Position numbers and translations under genes: made by a program. The notes beneath the pieces were generated by a model. That model saw only the letters and a list, made by a program, of their open reading frames with translations, was not told the DNA's origin and did no database searches. Positions 29,629 through 38,223 of a stretch of 64,000 bases of DNA are shown here, piece by piece. Position 1 is the stretch's first letter, and each line of letters starts with the position of its first letter. This DNA comes from Polyangiaceae bacterium (lineage in GTDB: Bacteria > Myxococcota_A > Polyangia > Polyangiales > Polyangiaceae): positions 1 through 64,000 of the forward strand of contig JBKQKP010000042.1 in the NCBI GenBank assembly GCA_052147435.1, given 5' to 3'.

Positions 29629-31648
29629 CGAACCAGTGCAGGATGCGCACCGACCGGTCACGCCGGTGCTCGGCCTTTCGAAAGCCGTGCCCCTCGCCGG
29701 GGTAGACGACGAGCTGCGTCTCGACCCCTTGAGCCTGAAGGCCGCGCCAGAATTCGAAGGACTGCGGGGCGGGGCACTCTCCGTCGTTCTCGCCGACGAG
29801 GATCAGCGTTGGCGTCTTCGCCTGCTTGATGAACTCGATGGGCGAGGATCGGGCGTACACCTTGGGATCGTCGTACACGCTCGCGCCGAAGTACGGGATC
29901 ATCCAGTCGCTGATCTCGTTCTCGCCCCAGTAGCTCTGCCAGTTCGCGATGCCCGCGCCGGCGATCGCTGCGCGGAAGCGGGTCGTTTGAGTCACCATCC
30001 ACATCGCCATGAAGCCGCCGTAGCTCCAGCCGACCACGCCCATCCGGTTGCCATCGACCGGCGCGGTGCGTAGCACCTCGTCGACGCCGGAGAGGATGTC
30101 GCGCATGTCGCCATACCCGAAGTCCTTCACGTTGGCGGACGTGAAGGCTTCGCCCTGTCCGAAGCTCCCGCGCGGGTTTGGGTAGAAGAGGAAGTACCCT
30201 TCGCCGGCGAGCGCGGCGCCGAAGCTCGGCCGAGCCGCCGAGGCGGGCCCGCCGTGGACGAACACGACGAGCGGTGCGCGGTTCTTCGGATCGACGACGC
30301 TCGGCTCGACGAGCCACCCTTGCACGTCTCTCCCGTCGCTCTTCCACGTAAGGCTGCGTGCCTTGCCCCACGTGGCGTGAAGCCCTTCGTTCACGTGGGT
30401 GACTTGTTGCCACTTGCCGATCTGTCCCGCCGAGAGCTCCTCCGGCGTGGAGAACGACTCTCGCGCGACGGCGGAGACCGTGCCGTCGTTGGAGAGGGCG
30501 AGATCGTGAAGGGATGAGTCACCGCCCGACCACAGGGCCTCGACCTTTCCTCCGCCGTCGACCGCCTCGATCGCGTTCGCACCGTCGACGATCGCGCGGA
30601 ACACGATGCGATCGCCTTTGGGCCAGGCGAGCGATTGCGCCGATCCGTGGAAGCCTTCCGTCCAGTCGCGTGCGTGGGTGACCGCGCTCCCGTCGGAAGG
30701 GACGACGAAGACGTCGCCCCCGGTGGACCCCTCGTCGCTCATCAACCCTCCGATGAAGGCGATCTCCTTTCCATCCGGCGACCAGCGGGGGTGCGCGATC
30801 TGCCGAGGGGGCGCGAAGAGGAGCCGCTCCTGGCCGGTGCGGCCATCGACGACGAAGAGCTTCGCGACGTACCAGTGCCGGTCCCCGGGTGGGGGTGCAG
30901 CGATGACGGCGAACTGAGCGCCGTCGGGCGACCACGCATACTCGTAGACGTAAAGGTCCGCGCGCGTGAGCGATCGCACCTGGCCGGAGGTCGCATCGAC
31001 GAGCGCCAGGCGCTGGACGGGGACGTGCGCCTCCGCCTCGCCTCGAACGGGCGCCACGGCTTCGATGGGACCGAGATTCGTCGCGTTCTCCGCGAAGAGG
31101 ACGGCGATCGTCTTGCCGTCTGGCGAAAAGTGCGGAGCCGAGATCGCGCCAACGAGGTCGGTGAGCTTCCGGGGGGACGCATGCGCGTCGTCCGGCATGG
31201 CGATGTAGAGCTCGGTTCGGTCCTTTCCGGGCGCGTCCGACAAGAACGCCAGCGTCTTTCCGTCGGGTGACCAGGCAACGTCTCGCTCCCTTCTGGCGGA
31301 AGCGCCTGCCGTAATCGTCCGGGGCTTTGCCGCAGGGTCGCTTCGGTCGAGGGCTCGCACCACGGAAGTGGAGGTGTCGGCGCCCCGCGTGACGAACGAC
31401 TCGACCCAGGCGAGCTTGGAGCCGTCTCCCGAGAGGGTGACCTCGCTGAAGCTGGACGACTGATCCAGGGCGTCGAGCTCTCGCTCGAAGGGGGTCTCGG
31501 GCGCCGAAGCGTCGGGGGGCGGCGTTGCTCCCGGCGCTGGTGGCGGCGACTCGCGGGCGAGCGTGGGCTGTCCCTCCGACTTGGAGCAACGTGATGGTGA
31601 CTGTGAGAGGCTGAGCGCCAGGAGCGCCACGACTCGCGAGCGATTCAT
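29600..31648 (-). CDS. S9-family serine peptidase (acylaminoacyl-peptidase/DPP-like) with an N-terminal TolB-like propeller
   Basis: GWSYGGFM catalytic Ser, ...GENDGECP..., GEGHGF catalytic His region. N-terminal PD40 repeats. 4-nt overlap with the upstream POP gene. Confidence 0.85.
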   Translation of the reverse strand: MNRSRVVALLALSLSQSPSRCSKSEGQPTLARESPPPAPGATPPPDASAPETPFERELDALDQSSSFSEVTLSGDGSKLAWVESFVTRGADTSTSVVRALDRSDPAAKPRTITAGASARRERDVAWSPDGKTLAFLSDAPGKDRTELYIAMPDDAHASPRKLTDLVGAISAPHFSPDGKTIAVLFAENATNLGPIEAVAPVRGEAEAHVPVQRLALVDATSGQVRSLTRADLYVYEYAWSPDGAQFAVIAAPPPGDRHWYVAKLFVVDGRTGQERLLFAPPRQIAHPRWSPDGKEIAFIGGLMSDEGSTGGDVFVVPSDGSAVTHARDWTEGFHGSAQSLAWPKGDRIVFRAIVDGANAIEAVDGGGKVEALWSGGDSSLHDLALSNDGTVSAVARESFSTPEELSAGQIGKWQQVTHVNEGLHATWGKARSLTWKSDGRDVQGWLVEPSVVDPKNRAPLVVFVHGGPASAARPSFGAALAGEGYFLFYPNPRGSFGQGEAFTSANVKDFGYGDMRDILSGVDEVLRTAPVDGNRMGVVGWSYGGFMAMWMVTQTTRFRAAIAGAGIANWQSYWGENEISDWMIPYFGASVYDDPKVYARSSPIEFIKQAKTPTLILVGENDGECPAPQSFEFWRGLQAQGVETQLVVYPGEGHGFRKAEHRRDRSVRILHWFDAHLGTGRE

Positions 31649-33870
31649 CGCGAGACCGTACCGTGAGCCGCTTCGTCATGGGCCGGTTCCTCGTGGATTC
31701 CGAGCTGCCACGCGAGGAACGACAGTTGAAGCGAAGCGTCGTCGAGCCATTTGCCTACCGGCTCTCCGCCCGCGTGCCCCGACTTCGTATTGTAGAGAAG
31801 AACGACGGGACGGTCCGACACCGTCGACTGTAGTCGCGCCGTCATCTTTCGCGCCTGGAGCGGCGGCACCCGCGTGTCCTCGTCCCCGGTCATCAGAAAG
31901 ACAGCGGGGTAGTGCGTCCCGGGCGTGACCTTTTGATACGGGGAGTATGCGTACAGGAACTTGAACTCGTCGGGCTTCGACGCGTCGCCGTACTCGAGGA
32001 GGGCCGGAGGGTTGATGTTCTTGAAGCGGTGGTAGCCAATCATGTCGAGGTCGGGGTAGAGGCACACGACCGCGCGGAAAAGGTCAGGGCGCTGCGTCAG
32101 GGCTGCGCTCACGAGGAGGCCGCCGTTGCTCCCTCCGAGGATCGAGAGACGTTCGGGTCTCGTATACCGGTTCGCGACGAGCCACTGCGCCGCGGCGATG
32201 AAATCGTCGAAGACGTTCTGCTTCTTTTCGAGCATCCCTGCTCGGTGCCACGGTTCACCGAACTCGCCGCCACCGCGGATGTTCGGCATCGCGAAGACCC
32301 CCCCGTGCTCCACGAACCACGCGGCGAAGGGGTCGAATTCCGGCGTCTGGCTGATGTCGAATCCACCGTACCCGGTCATGAGGGTGGGGCGGTCCCCGTC
32401 GAGCGACAGTCCCTTCTTCGCGACGACGAACATGGGGACACGGGTGCCGTCCTTCGAGGCAAACCAGACTTGCTGGGTCTCGTAATCATCGCTCGCAAAC
32501 GGAACGGACGGTTGCCACCACGACTCGACCTTCCGCGTGGTCACGGTCGAGCGGAGAACGGAGTAGGGGAGCGTGTACGACGTGAACGAGAAGAAGAACT
32601 CGTCGCTGTCCCACTTGCCGGAGAAGCGACTGGCCGTCCCCAAACCCGGGAGCGCGACCTCGCCTACGGATTTTCCGTTGAGCTCGTAGACGACGACTCT
32701 GGACGTGGCGTTGTGCAGGTAGCTCACGAGGAGCTTTCCGCCGATGAGCGAGTAGTCGCCGATCGCGTCGGGACCGGTGGGCACGATCTCGCGCCAGTGC
32801 TCCGGTGACGGGTGGGCTCGGTCTACTTCGACGATGCGCCCGTTGGGCGCGTTCAGATCGGTCTGCATGAGAAGGTGGTCGTCGGCGAACGCCGCCTCGA
32901 AATGTGCGTCGAGTCCCTTGGTAACCGAGGTGATCGAACCTGGGCGGGCGAGGTCCTGCACGAAGACCTCGTTGCTTGCCCAGCCGTGCTGCGTCTGGAA
33001 GAGAACGTGACGGCCGTTTCTGGATGGGGTTACTCCGAGCCAATCCCCTGTCCCGAGTCCTTCACCGAAGACCACCGTGTCACGATCGATGGGCGTCCCG
33101 AGCTTGTGGAATCGGACGCGGACTCCGGTCGCCCGATCCTGGAGCACATAATAGAAGCCGCTCTTGTCGATCCTGAGCGCGACGTCGCGATAGAGACCGC
33201 GCGGTAGCTGGTCGCCGAGATCGGCGCCGGTGACCACGTTCTTCACGCGGAGCTCGGTCTCGTCTTCGCCGCCGCGCCGAATGCTGTACACGAGCAGCGT
33301 TCCGTCCTTCGAGACGGACTCGAGGCCAACGCTCGTCGTGTGATCGGGGGAGAGTGGATGGCCATCGAGAAGGACCTCTTCGGGGCCGTCGAGGCGCTTT
33401 CGCATGTACAGCGTCCAGAGGTCGTCAGAGGCGCGCTTTCGCCAGAGGAAATAGCGCTCGCCGACGTGCGCCGGGGGGCCCATCGAGTCGACGCGGCTGA
33501 GCGCTTCGAGCCTGGCCCTGATGGAGGCCCGCTCGGGTCGCGCGTCGAGCAGGGCGTGCGTGTAGCTGTTCTCCGCGTCGATCCAGGCTCGCGTCTCCTG
33601 GCTCTCCTGGTCCTCGAGCCAGCGATACGGATCGACGATGTCGACGCCATGGAGCACTTCGTGGAAGTCGTCGCGCCGCGTGGCCGGCGGAGATGGGATG
33701 GATGGGGCGGCGCTCGGGGCCGCGGCGACCGTCGTTTCTGGGGGCGGGCTCGACGCCGGGGCAGCCGTCGCGCGGGGTGGCGGGGCGTTGGTACCACCGC
33801 AGCCACCCACAACGGCAAGCGACGAACAGACGAGCAGCGAGGCGACGGAGCAGGTGAGAGCGGAGCTCAT
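31645..33870 (-). CDS. Prolyl oligopeptidase (S9A), paralog 2, secreted
   Basis: Signal peptide. GGSNGGLL catalytic Ser, DTRVPPLQARKM, GHGG catalytic His. The domain order is colinear with the POP at 4942..7152. Confidence 0.85.
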   Translation of the reverse strand: MSSALTCSVASLLVCSSLAVVGGCGGTNAPPPRATAAPASSPPPETTVAAAPSAAPSIPSPPATRRDDFHEVLHGVDIVDPYRWLEDQESQETRAWIDAENSYTHALLDARPERASIRARLEALSRVDSMGPPAHVGERYFLWRKRASDDLWTLYMRKRLDGPEEVLLDGHPLSPDHTTSVGLESVSKDGTLLVYSIRRGGEDETELRVKNVVTGADLGDQLPRGLYRDVALRIDKSGFYYVLQDRATGVRVRFHKLGTPIDRDTVVFGEGLGTGDWLGVTPSRNGRHVLFQTQHGWASNEVFVQDLARPGSITSVTKGLDAHFEAAFADDHLLMQTDLNAPNGRIVEVDRAHPSPEHWREIVPTGPDAIGDYSLIGGKLLVSYLHNATSRVVVYELNGKSVGEVALPGLGTASRFSGKWDSDEFFFSFTSYTLPYSVLRSTVTTRKVESWWQPSVPFASDDYETQQVWFASKDGTRVPMFVVAKKGLSLDGDRPTLMTGYGGFDISQTPEFDPFAAWFVEHGGVFAMPNIRGGGEFGEPWHRAGMLEKKQNVFDDFIAAAQWLVANRYTRPERLSILGGSNGGLLVSAALTQRPDLFRAVVCLYPDLDMIGYHRFKNINPPALLEYGDASKPDEFKFLYAYSPYQKVTPGTHYPAVFLMTGDEDTRVPPLQARKMTARLQSTVSDRPVVLLYNTKSGHAGGEPVGKWLDDASLQLSFLAWQLGIHEEPAHDEAAHGTVSR

Positions 33871-33982
33871 GAGGCGGGCGTCTTACGTTGAGGCCATGCC
33901 CACACGCAATGGGGATGCGGTCCGTGGCGCGTCTGTTGCGCTCAAGCTCTGCAGGGACTGGCGAAAGTGCTAAGCCCCGAGG

Positions 33983-34312
33983 ATGTACCGCACCGCCGAC
34001 GCGGACATCGTGCATTGCCCTGTGTGCGATGTCCCCCATCGCTCCAGCGCGACCCACTGCGACAGCTGCTCGCAGCCGCTCCACGAGCCTGCGGACCTGG
34101 AAGCGCTTCGCCGCGAGCTCTCCGCGCTCAGGCGCTCGATGGCGCTCGGGCTGGCGGGGGTGGCCGCAATGGTCGGGCTCAACGTCTTCCTCGGCGGCCG
34201 TGTTGGGGTGATGCTCTTCTATGTGGCGCCGCTCGGATGGCTCGTGAAGAGCGCGGGCCGCTACCGCATCGTGCGCGGGTGGATCGTGAGATGCTCAGCG
34301 CGGTCGCCGTAG
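33983..34312 (+). CDS. Small membrane protein with an N-terminal zinc ribbon
   Basis: CPVCDV...CDSC zinc-ribbon motif, followed by two TM helices. Confidence 0.4.
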   Translation: MYRTADADIVHCPVCDVPHRSSATHCDSCSQPLHEPADLEALRRELSALRRSMALGLAGVAAMVGLNVFLGGRVGVMLFYVAPLGWLVKSAGRYRIVRGWIVRCSARSP

Positions 34313-34402
34313 GCGCGCAAATGACCACGCCGGGGGGGGCAATCGGCCCCGTCACCACTTTGGCAGAGTGCCGACTCGCGCCCGCAGTGCAACGATCCCC
34401 GC

Positions 34403-35467
34403 GTGACGACGACGCATCCTCACGCGCTCGGCGCGGCCAGCCTCGCTCTTCTCGCGCTTGTCGCGCTTGCGTCGCTCACCGCGTGCGGCGGCAAAGACAG
34501 CGGCGCCGCCACCGCGCCCCCGGCCGACGATTCGGGCGTGCCACCCGACGCCTCCGCCTCCAACGGCGGTGTCGTCCTCCTCGAGCTCGGCACTGCCTGG
34601 AGGTTCGACGGGACACAGTGGACCGCCGAGCCGACTGCAGCCAATCCGCCCGAGCTCGTGACAGCGAGTCTCGCTCCCCTCGGAGACCAGCTCGTTCTCT
34701 TCGGCGGGTGGTCTCCTCTCGCGCAAAATGTCGACAACGACACCACGCTGACCTTCGAGGGTACGGCGTGGACGCCGCTCGCCATCGCGGGACCGGGCGC
34801 GCGCGGCGGGATGGCGATGGCGACGCTCGGATCCGAGCTCGTCCTTTTCGGGGGGGTAGGCGGCGCGGGCTCGCCGATCCTGGGGGACACCTGGTCCTTC
34901 GACGGGAAAGGGTGGGGCCAGGTCAGCGCCGCCGGCCCTTCCGCGCGGTGGGGTCACGCGATGGCGTCGTTGGGAAACACCGTCGTCCTCTTCGGGGGCC
35001 TGGACGCTCAAGAGAACAACCTCGGCGACACATGGACGTTCGACGGAACGAGCTGGACGCAAGTGAACGTTCCTGGCCCCGCGCCGCGCGAAGCGCACGC
35101 GATGGCGACGCTCGGCGACAAGGTCTTCCTCTTCGGAGGCCGAAGCCAGGGATACTCGGAGGACGGGGGATTCGAGGTCACGTCGTTCGGCGATACGTGG
35201 AGCTTCGATGGATCGACGTGGTCTCAAGTGAATGCGCTTGGGCCGGGAGCGCGAAGCGAGCACGCGATGGCGACGCTCGGCGATCGCATCGTGCTCTTCG
35301 GCGGGGTCACCGACGCGACCCCTACGTCGTCCGATCCGACGGAGCTCGCCGACACGTGGACCTTCGACGGAGTGAGCTGGACGAGCGTGGGTGGCGTCTC
35401 GCCCCCCGCCGCGGTCGAGGATGGGGAGCTCCTCATGGCGAGGCTGCCGGGGGGCGGCGGCGAGTAG
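34403..35467 (+). CDS. Kelch-repeat (galactose-oxidase-like beta-propeller) lipoprotein
   Basis: Lipobox LTACGG. Six repeats with a GG-W / LFGG periodicity (LVLFGGW, LVLFGGV, VVLFGGL, VFLFGGR, IVLFGGV). Confidence 0.75.
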   Translation: MTTTHPHALGAASLALLALVALASLTACGGKDSGAATAPPADDSGVPPDASASNGGVVLLELGTAWRFDGTQWTAEPTAANPPELVTASLAPLGDQLVLFGGWSPLAQNVDNDTTLTFEGTAWTPLAIAGPGARGGMAMATLGSELVLFGGVGGAGSPILGDTWSFDGKGWGQVSAAGPSARWGHAMASLGNTVVLFGGLDAQENNLGDTWTFDGTSWTQVNVPGPAPREAHAMATLGDKVFLFGGRSQGYSEDGGFEVTSFGDTWSFDGSTWSQVNALGPGARSEHAMATLGDRIVLFGGVTDATPTSSDPTELADTWTFDGVSWTSVGGVSPPAAVEDGELLMARLPGGGGE

Positions 35468-36361
35468 CTAGTCGCAGTCCATCTCCGTGTTGGCCGTCCC
35501 GACGATCTTCTTGACCTTGCACCCTCTCTTGCAAGCGCGGTGGACGACGAAGTGCTGCGCCGTGCACGTGAGGAACGCCTTCCTGTCGGACGAGCACGCC
35601 GTGCGCTCCGTGTCGAAGCACGGATCCCCGACGTCGGCGACGTGGTCGTCGCACGACAGGGTGTAGCCCGAGCCGCTCTCCGCCGGCGTGAGCGTGCATC
35701 CGTCCGCCCCCTTGCAGGTGGCGATGACGGCGAAATGGCCCGCCTCGCAGCGCAGCTCGACCTTGTGATCGGTCGAGCATGCATCGTCGGTGATGTCGCA
35801 CGGGTCGTTCAGGTCCGCGAGCGTCGTGTCGCAGGTCACGCTCTTGCCGCTGGCGGTCGCCCGGCAAGCGTTCGGCCCCTTGCAGGACTGAGTGACCGTC
35901 ATCTTGCCGTCCGGACCGCACGTCAGCTCTCCTTTGCCGTCCTGCGAGCACGCAGCGCGGCGGCCGGTGCAAGGCTCCCCGGCCGCCGCGACGGGGTTGA
36001 GCGGCGGGGGCGGGGTGAGGTTCAAGCCGCTCAGGGCCGCAAGGGGGTTGAATGGCGGCGGCGTGGTGACAGCCACGCCGGACCTCGCAAAGATGCCGAC
36101 CACCGCGATGCAGACGCCGACGAGGACGACGCCGGCGATGGCGAGGGCCATCACGACGATGCCGCGCGTTCCGAGGACGGTCGGTGGGCTCTGGGGTACC
36201 GAGGGCTCCGGGGCCGGATGAAAGCGCCGCCAGATCGCCTCCGGCAGGAGCATCTCCGTCTTGCAGTAGGTGCACGTCGGCGTCTGCGTGGAGCCATCGA
36301 CCGACACGTGCGCGCCGCAGTTGGTGCACGCGAACTGGATCGGAGCGGTGGAGGACGACAT
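35468..36361 (-). CDS. Membrane-anchored Cys-rich repeat protein with an N-terminal cytoplasmic zinc ribbon
   Basis: CTNCGAH...CTYC zinc ribbon; TM helix; then four ~45-aa Cys-rich repeats (C..G...C..D.K..L.C). Confidence 0.6.
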   Translation of the reverse strand: MSSSTAPIQFACTNCGAHVSVDGSTQTPTCTYCKTEMLLPEAIWRRFHPAPEPSVPQSPPTVLGTRGIVVMALAIAGVVLVGVCIAVVGIFARSGVAVTTPPPFNPLAALSGLNLTPPPPLNPVAAAGEPCTGRRAACSQDGKGELTCGPDGKMTVTQSCKGPNACRATASGKSVTCDTTLADLNDPCDITDDACSTDHKVELRCEAGHFAVIATCKGADGCTLTPAESGSGYTLSCDDHVADVGDPCFDTERTACSSDRKAFLTCTAQHFVVHRACKRGCKVKKIVGTANTEMDCD

Positions 36362-36368
36362 ACGAAAG

Positions 36369-36617
36369 CTAGGGTAGCGCTTTCGCTGGCGGCGCCGGGA
36401 GAGGACTCCCCCCCTTTGCCTCCTTCGCGCGCGCCAGTGGGCTCGCGATGTCGCCGCCTCCTCCCACGCGCGCGAGCACGGTCGCGAAATCGTGACTCGG
36501 CAGCCAGCCGAGCTCCGCACGCGCGCGCGCATTGTCGTAGACGCGGTGAATCGTCGGCGCCATCCGCCACCCCAACCGCGCGTACACCGCCTCCCACTCC
36601 GGCACGCGGGCGCTCAC
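36369..36617 (-). pseudogene. Possible remnant of the C-terminus of an NAD-dependent epimerase/dehydratase; same frame as the upstream TPR ORF, separated by one TGA
   Basis: HRVYDNARARAELGWLPSHDFATVLARV resembles the conserved epimerase C-terminal motif (D.SKA..ELGW.P...F). Only 82 aa, with no N-terminal Rossmann part. Confidence 0.25.
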
Positions 36618-36719
36618 AACGGACGGCGCGTGGCGACGAAGCTCTTCGGTATCTTCACGTCGGAACGGGGACGTGGCGCTGATGATGTAGCGACCGAACC
36701 GCCGCTTCTCATCCGCTCC

Positions 36720-38096
36720 TCATGCCGGGCGGAACGACAGCTTGGCCAGCGCGCGCTCGCACTCCTCGGCGACGAGCTGCACTCTGAGCTTGCGCGCCAT
36801 ATCCTGAACGCGGACGAGCTCTCGTGGTGCGCGGGTGTCACGGCCGTCGGCCAGAAGTCGTCCAAGCCAATAGCGAGAGTGCAGCGCGAACCAGGCGTCG
36901 CCCTTCGCCTCGAGGTCCCCGACCAGCTCCTCGATGCGGGCGGGCTTCGCGTCGAGGTAAGCCAGGAGCACCTCGTTGTGCATGCGGAGGTGCTCGGCAC
37001 CGATTTCGCCGGCGATGGCGCTCGACTCCGCGAGCGCGGAGCGCGCGCGATCGACCTCGCCCCGGCGCACGCACGCGTCGCCGACGTTGTGCAAGTTCGT
37101 GCACTCCTCGTCGCGAAGACCAGCCCGACGCGCGAATGCGACCGCCGCCTCGGTGATCTCGGCGGCTTCTGCGCAGTCACCCGCGAAGAGAAAGCTCATG
37201 GCGCGCGACTTGGCGCAGCGGGCGAGCAGTACCGGGTCTCCCCCGAGCTCGGCGGCGAGCGCCTCCGTGCGCACGATCAGGGCGAGAGTGCGCGCGTTCG
37301 CCTCGCGGCCACCGACGATCACCGTCGCGCGGGCGAGGAGGGTGAGGAGCTCGAAGCGCTCATGCCTGTCCGCGGGGAGGATCGTCGTCGTGAGGATGTC
37401 GATGACGGAGCCGCGTTCGTCGGCCAGCTGGGCGACCTTCGCCGACTCGTAGGACACGTCGCGCAGGCGCACCTTGTCGTCGGCGATGGCGGCGGCCTCG
37501 GCGAGTAGGTCCTTGGCGGCGACGAAGTCCGAGAGGGACGCGAGCGCGCGGGCTCCGCACGCGAGCCCCGCCGCGACGATGTTCGCCTTCTTGGACGCTC
37601 GCAGCGCTTCGAGGCAACGGTCGAGCGCGACATGCGCGAGGGTACGGTCGGAGCTCGAGCCGGCTACGCCCGTGGGGAGCGTCACGTGGCGCTCGAAGCC
37701 GGCCAGCACGTCGCGCTCGACGATCCGACGCGAAGACTGAAGCGCGTCGGCGAGCAGTCGAATGCGTGCTGCGAGGGTCTCCGGCTTCTCACGATGCGCA
37801 TCGCCGACGAGAAGGGCACGCACCGCACATCGAGCGGCTGCGTCCGCGCCCGCGCGCCGCAGTTGCGCCCTGCCTGCGTGCATGAAGGCCGCCGCGGCCC
37901 GATTCGGCTCGCCGGCTTCGAGCCAGTGAATCGCCACGCCTTCGAGGTCCTCGTCGTCCCGCTCGTCCCGCTCGTCACCCTCGCCGCGCTGCGAGGCCAG
38001 GCGATGGTCAGGCGCAGCGGGCGCGCGATCGGCCCGGCTCGGGGTGAGGCCTGCCGTCTCGTCCACGATCACCCCCTTGCGAGGAGTCTCGCGCAC
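36720..38096 (-). CDS. Stand-alone TPR/helical-repeat regulatory protein (similar to the C-terminal domains of the adjacent kinases)
   Basis: 458-aa alpha-helical repeat protein (Ala/Leu/Arg/Glu-rich), no kinase domain. Divergent from the kinase at 38224 across a ~125-bp intergenic region. Confidence 0.5.
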   Translation of the reverse strand: MRETPRKGVIVDETAGLTPSRADRAPAAPDHRLASQRGEGDERDERDDEDLEGVAIHWLEAGEPNRAAAAFMHAGRAQLRRAGADAAARCAVRALLVGDAHREKPETLAARIRLLADALQSSRRIVERDVLAGFERHVTLPTGVAGSSSDRTLAHVALDRCLEALRASKKANIVAAGLACGARALASLSDFVAAKDLLAEAAAIADDKVRLRDVSYESAKVAQLADERGSVIDILTTTILPADRHERFELLTLLARATVIVGGREANARTLALIVRTEALAAELGGDPVLLARCAKSRAMSFLFAGDCAEAAEITEAAVAFARRAGLRDEECTNLHNVGDACVRRGEVDRARSALAESSAIAGEIGAEHLRMHNEVLLAYLDAKPARIEELVGDLEAKGDAWFALHSRYWLGRLLADGRDTRAPRELVRVQDMARKLRVQLVAEECERALAKLSFRPA

Positions 38097-38223
38097 AATC
38101 GAGCGTGGAGCAATCTCGTCCGAGCGGTCAGGGCACCGCGTTCACGTCGAGCCCGGCGTGCTCCCTTTCCGCCGGCGCCGACGGTGCGCGCGCGGCTCGT
38201 CGCCTCGCACCGCGGGCTGTACG

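Noticed and set aside
36720-36722. In-frame TGA as selenocysteine or programmed readthrough
   Set aside because: No SECIS-like stem-loop is evident immediately downstream and there are no sel genes in the window. A gene remnant is a simpler explanation.
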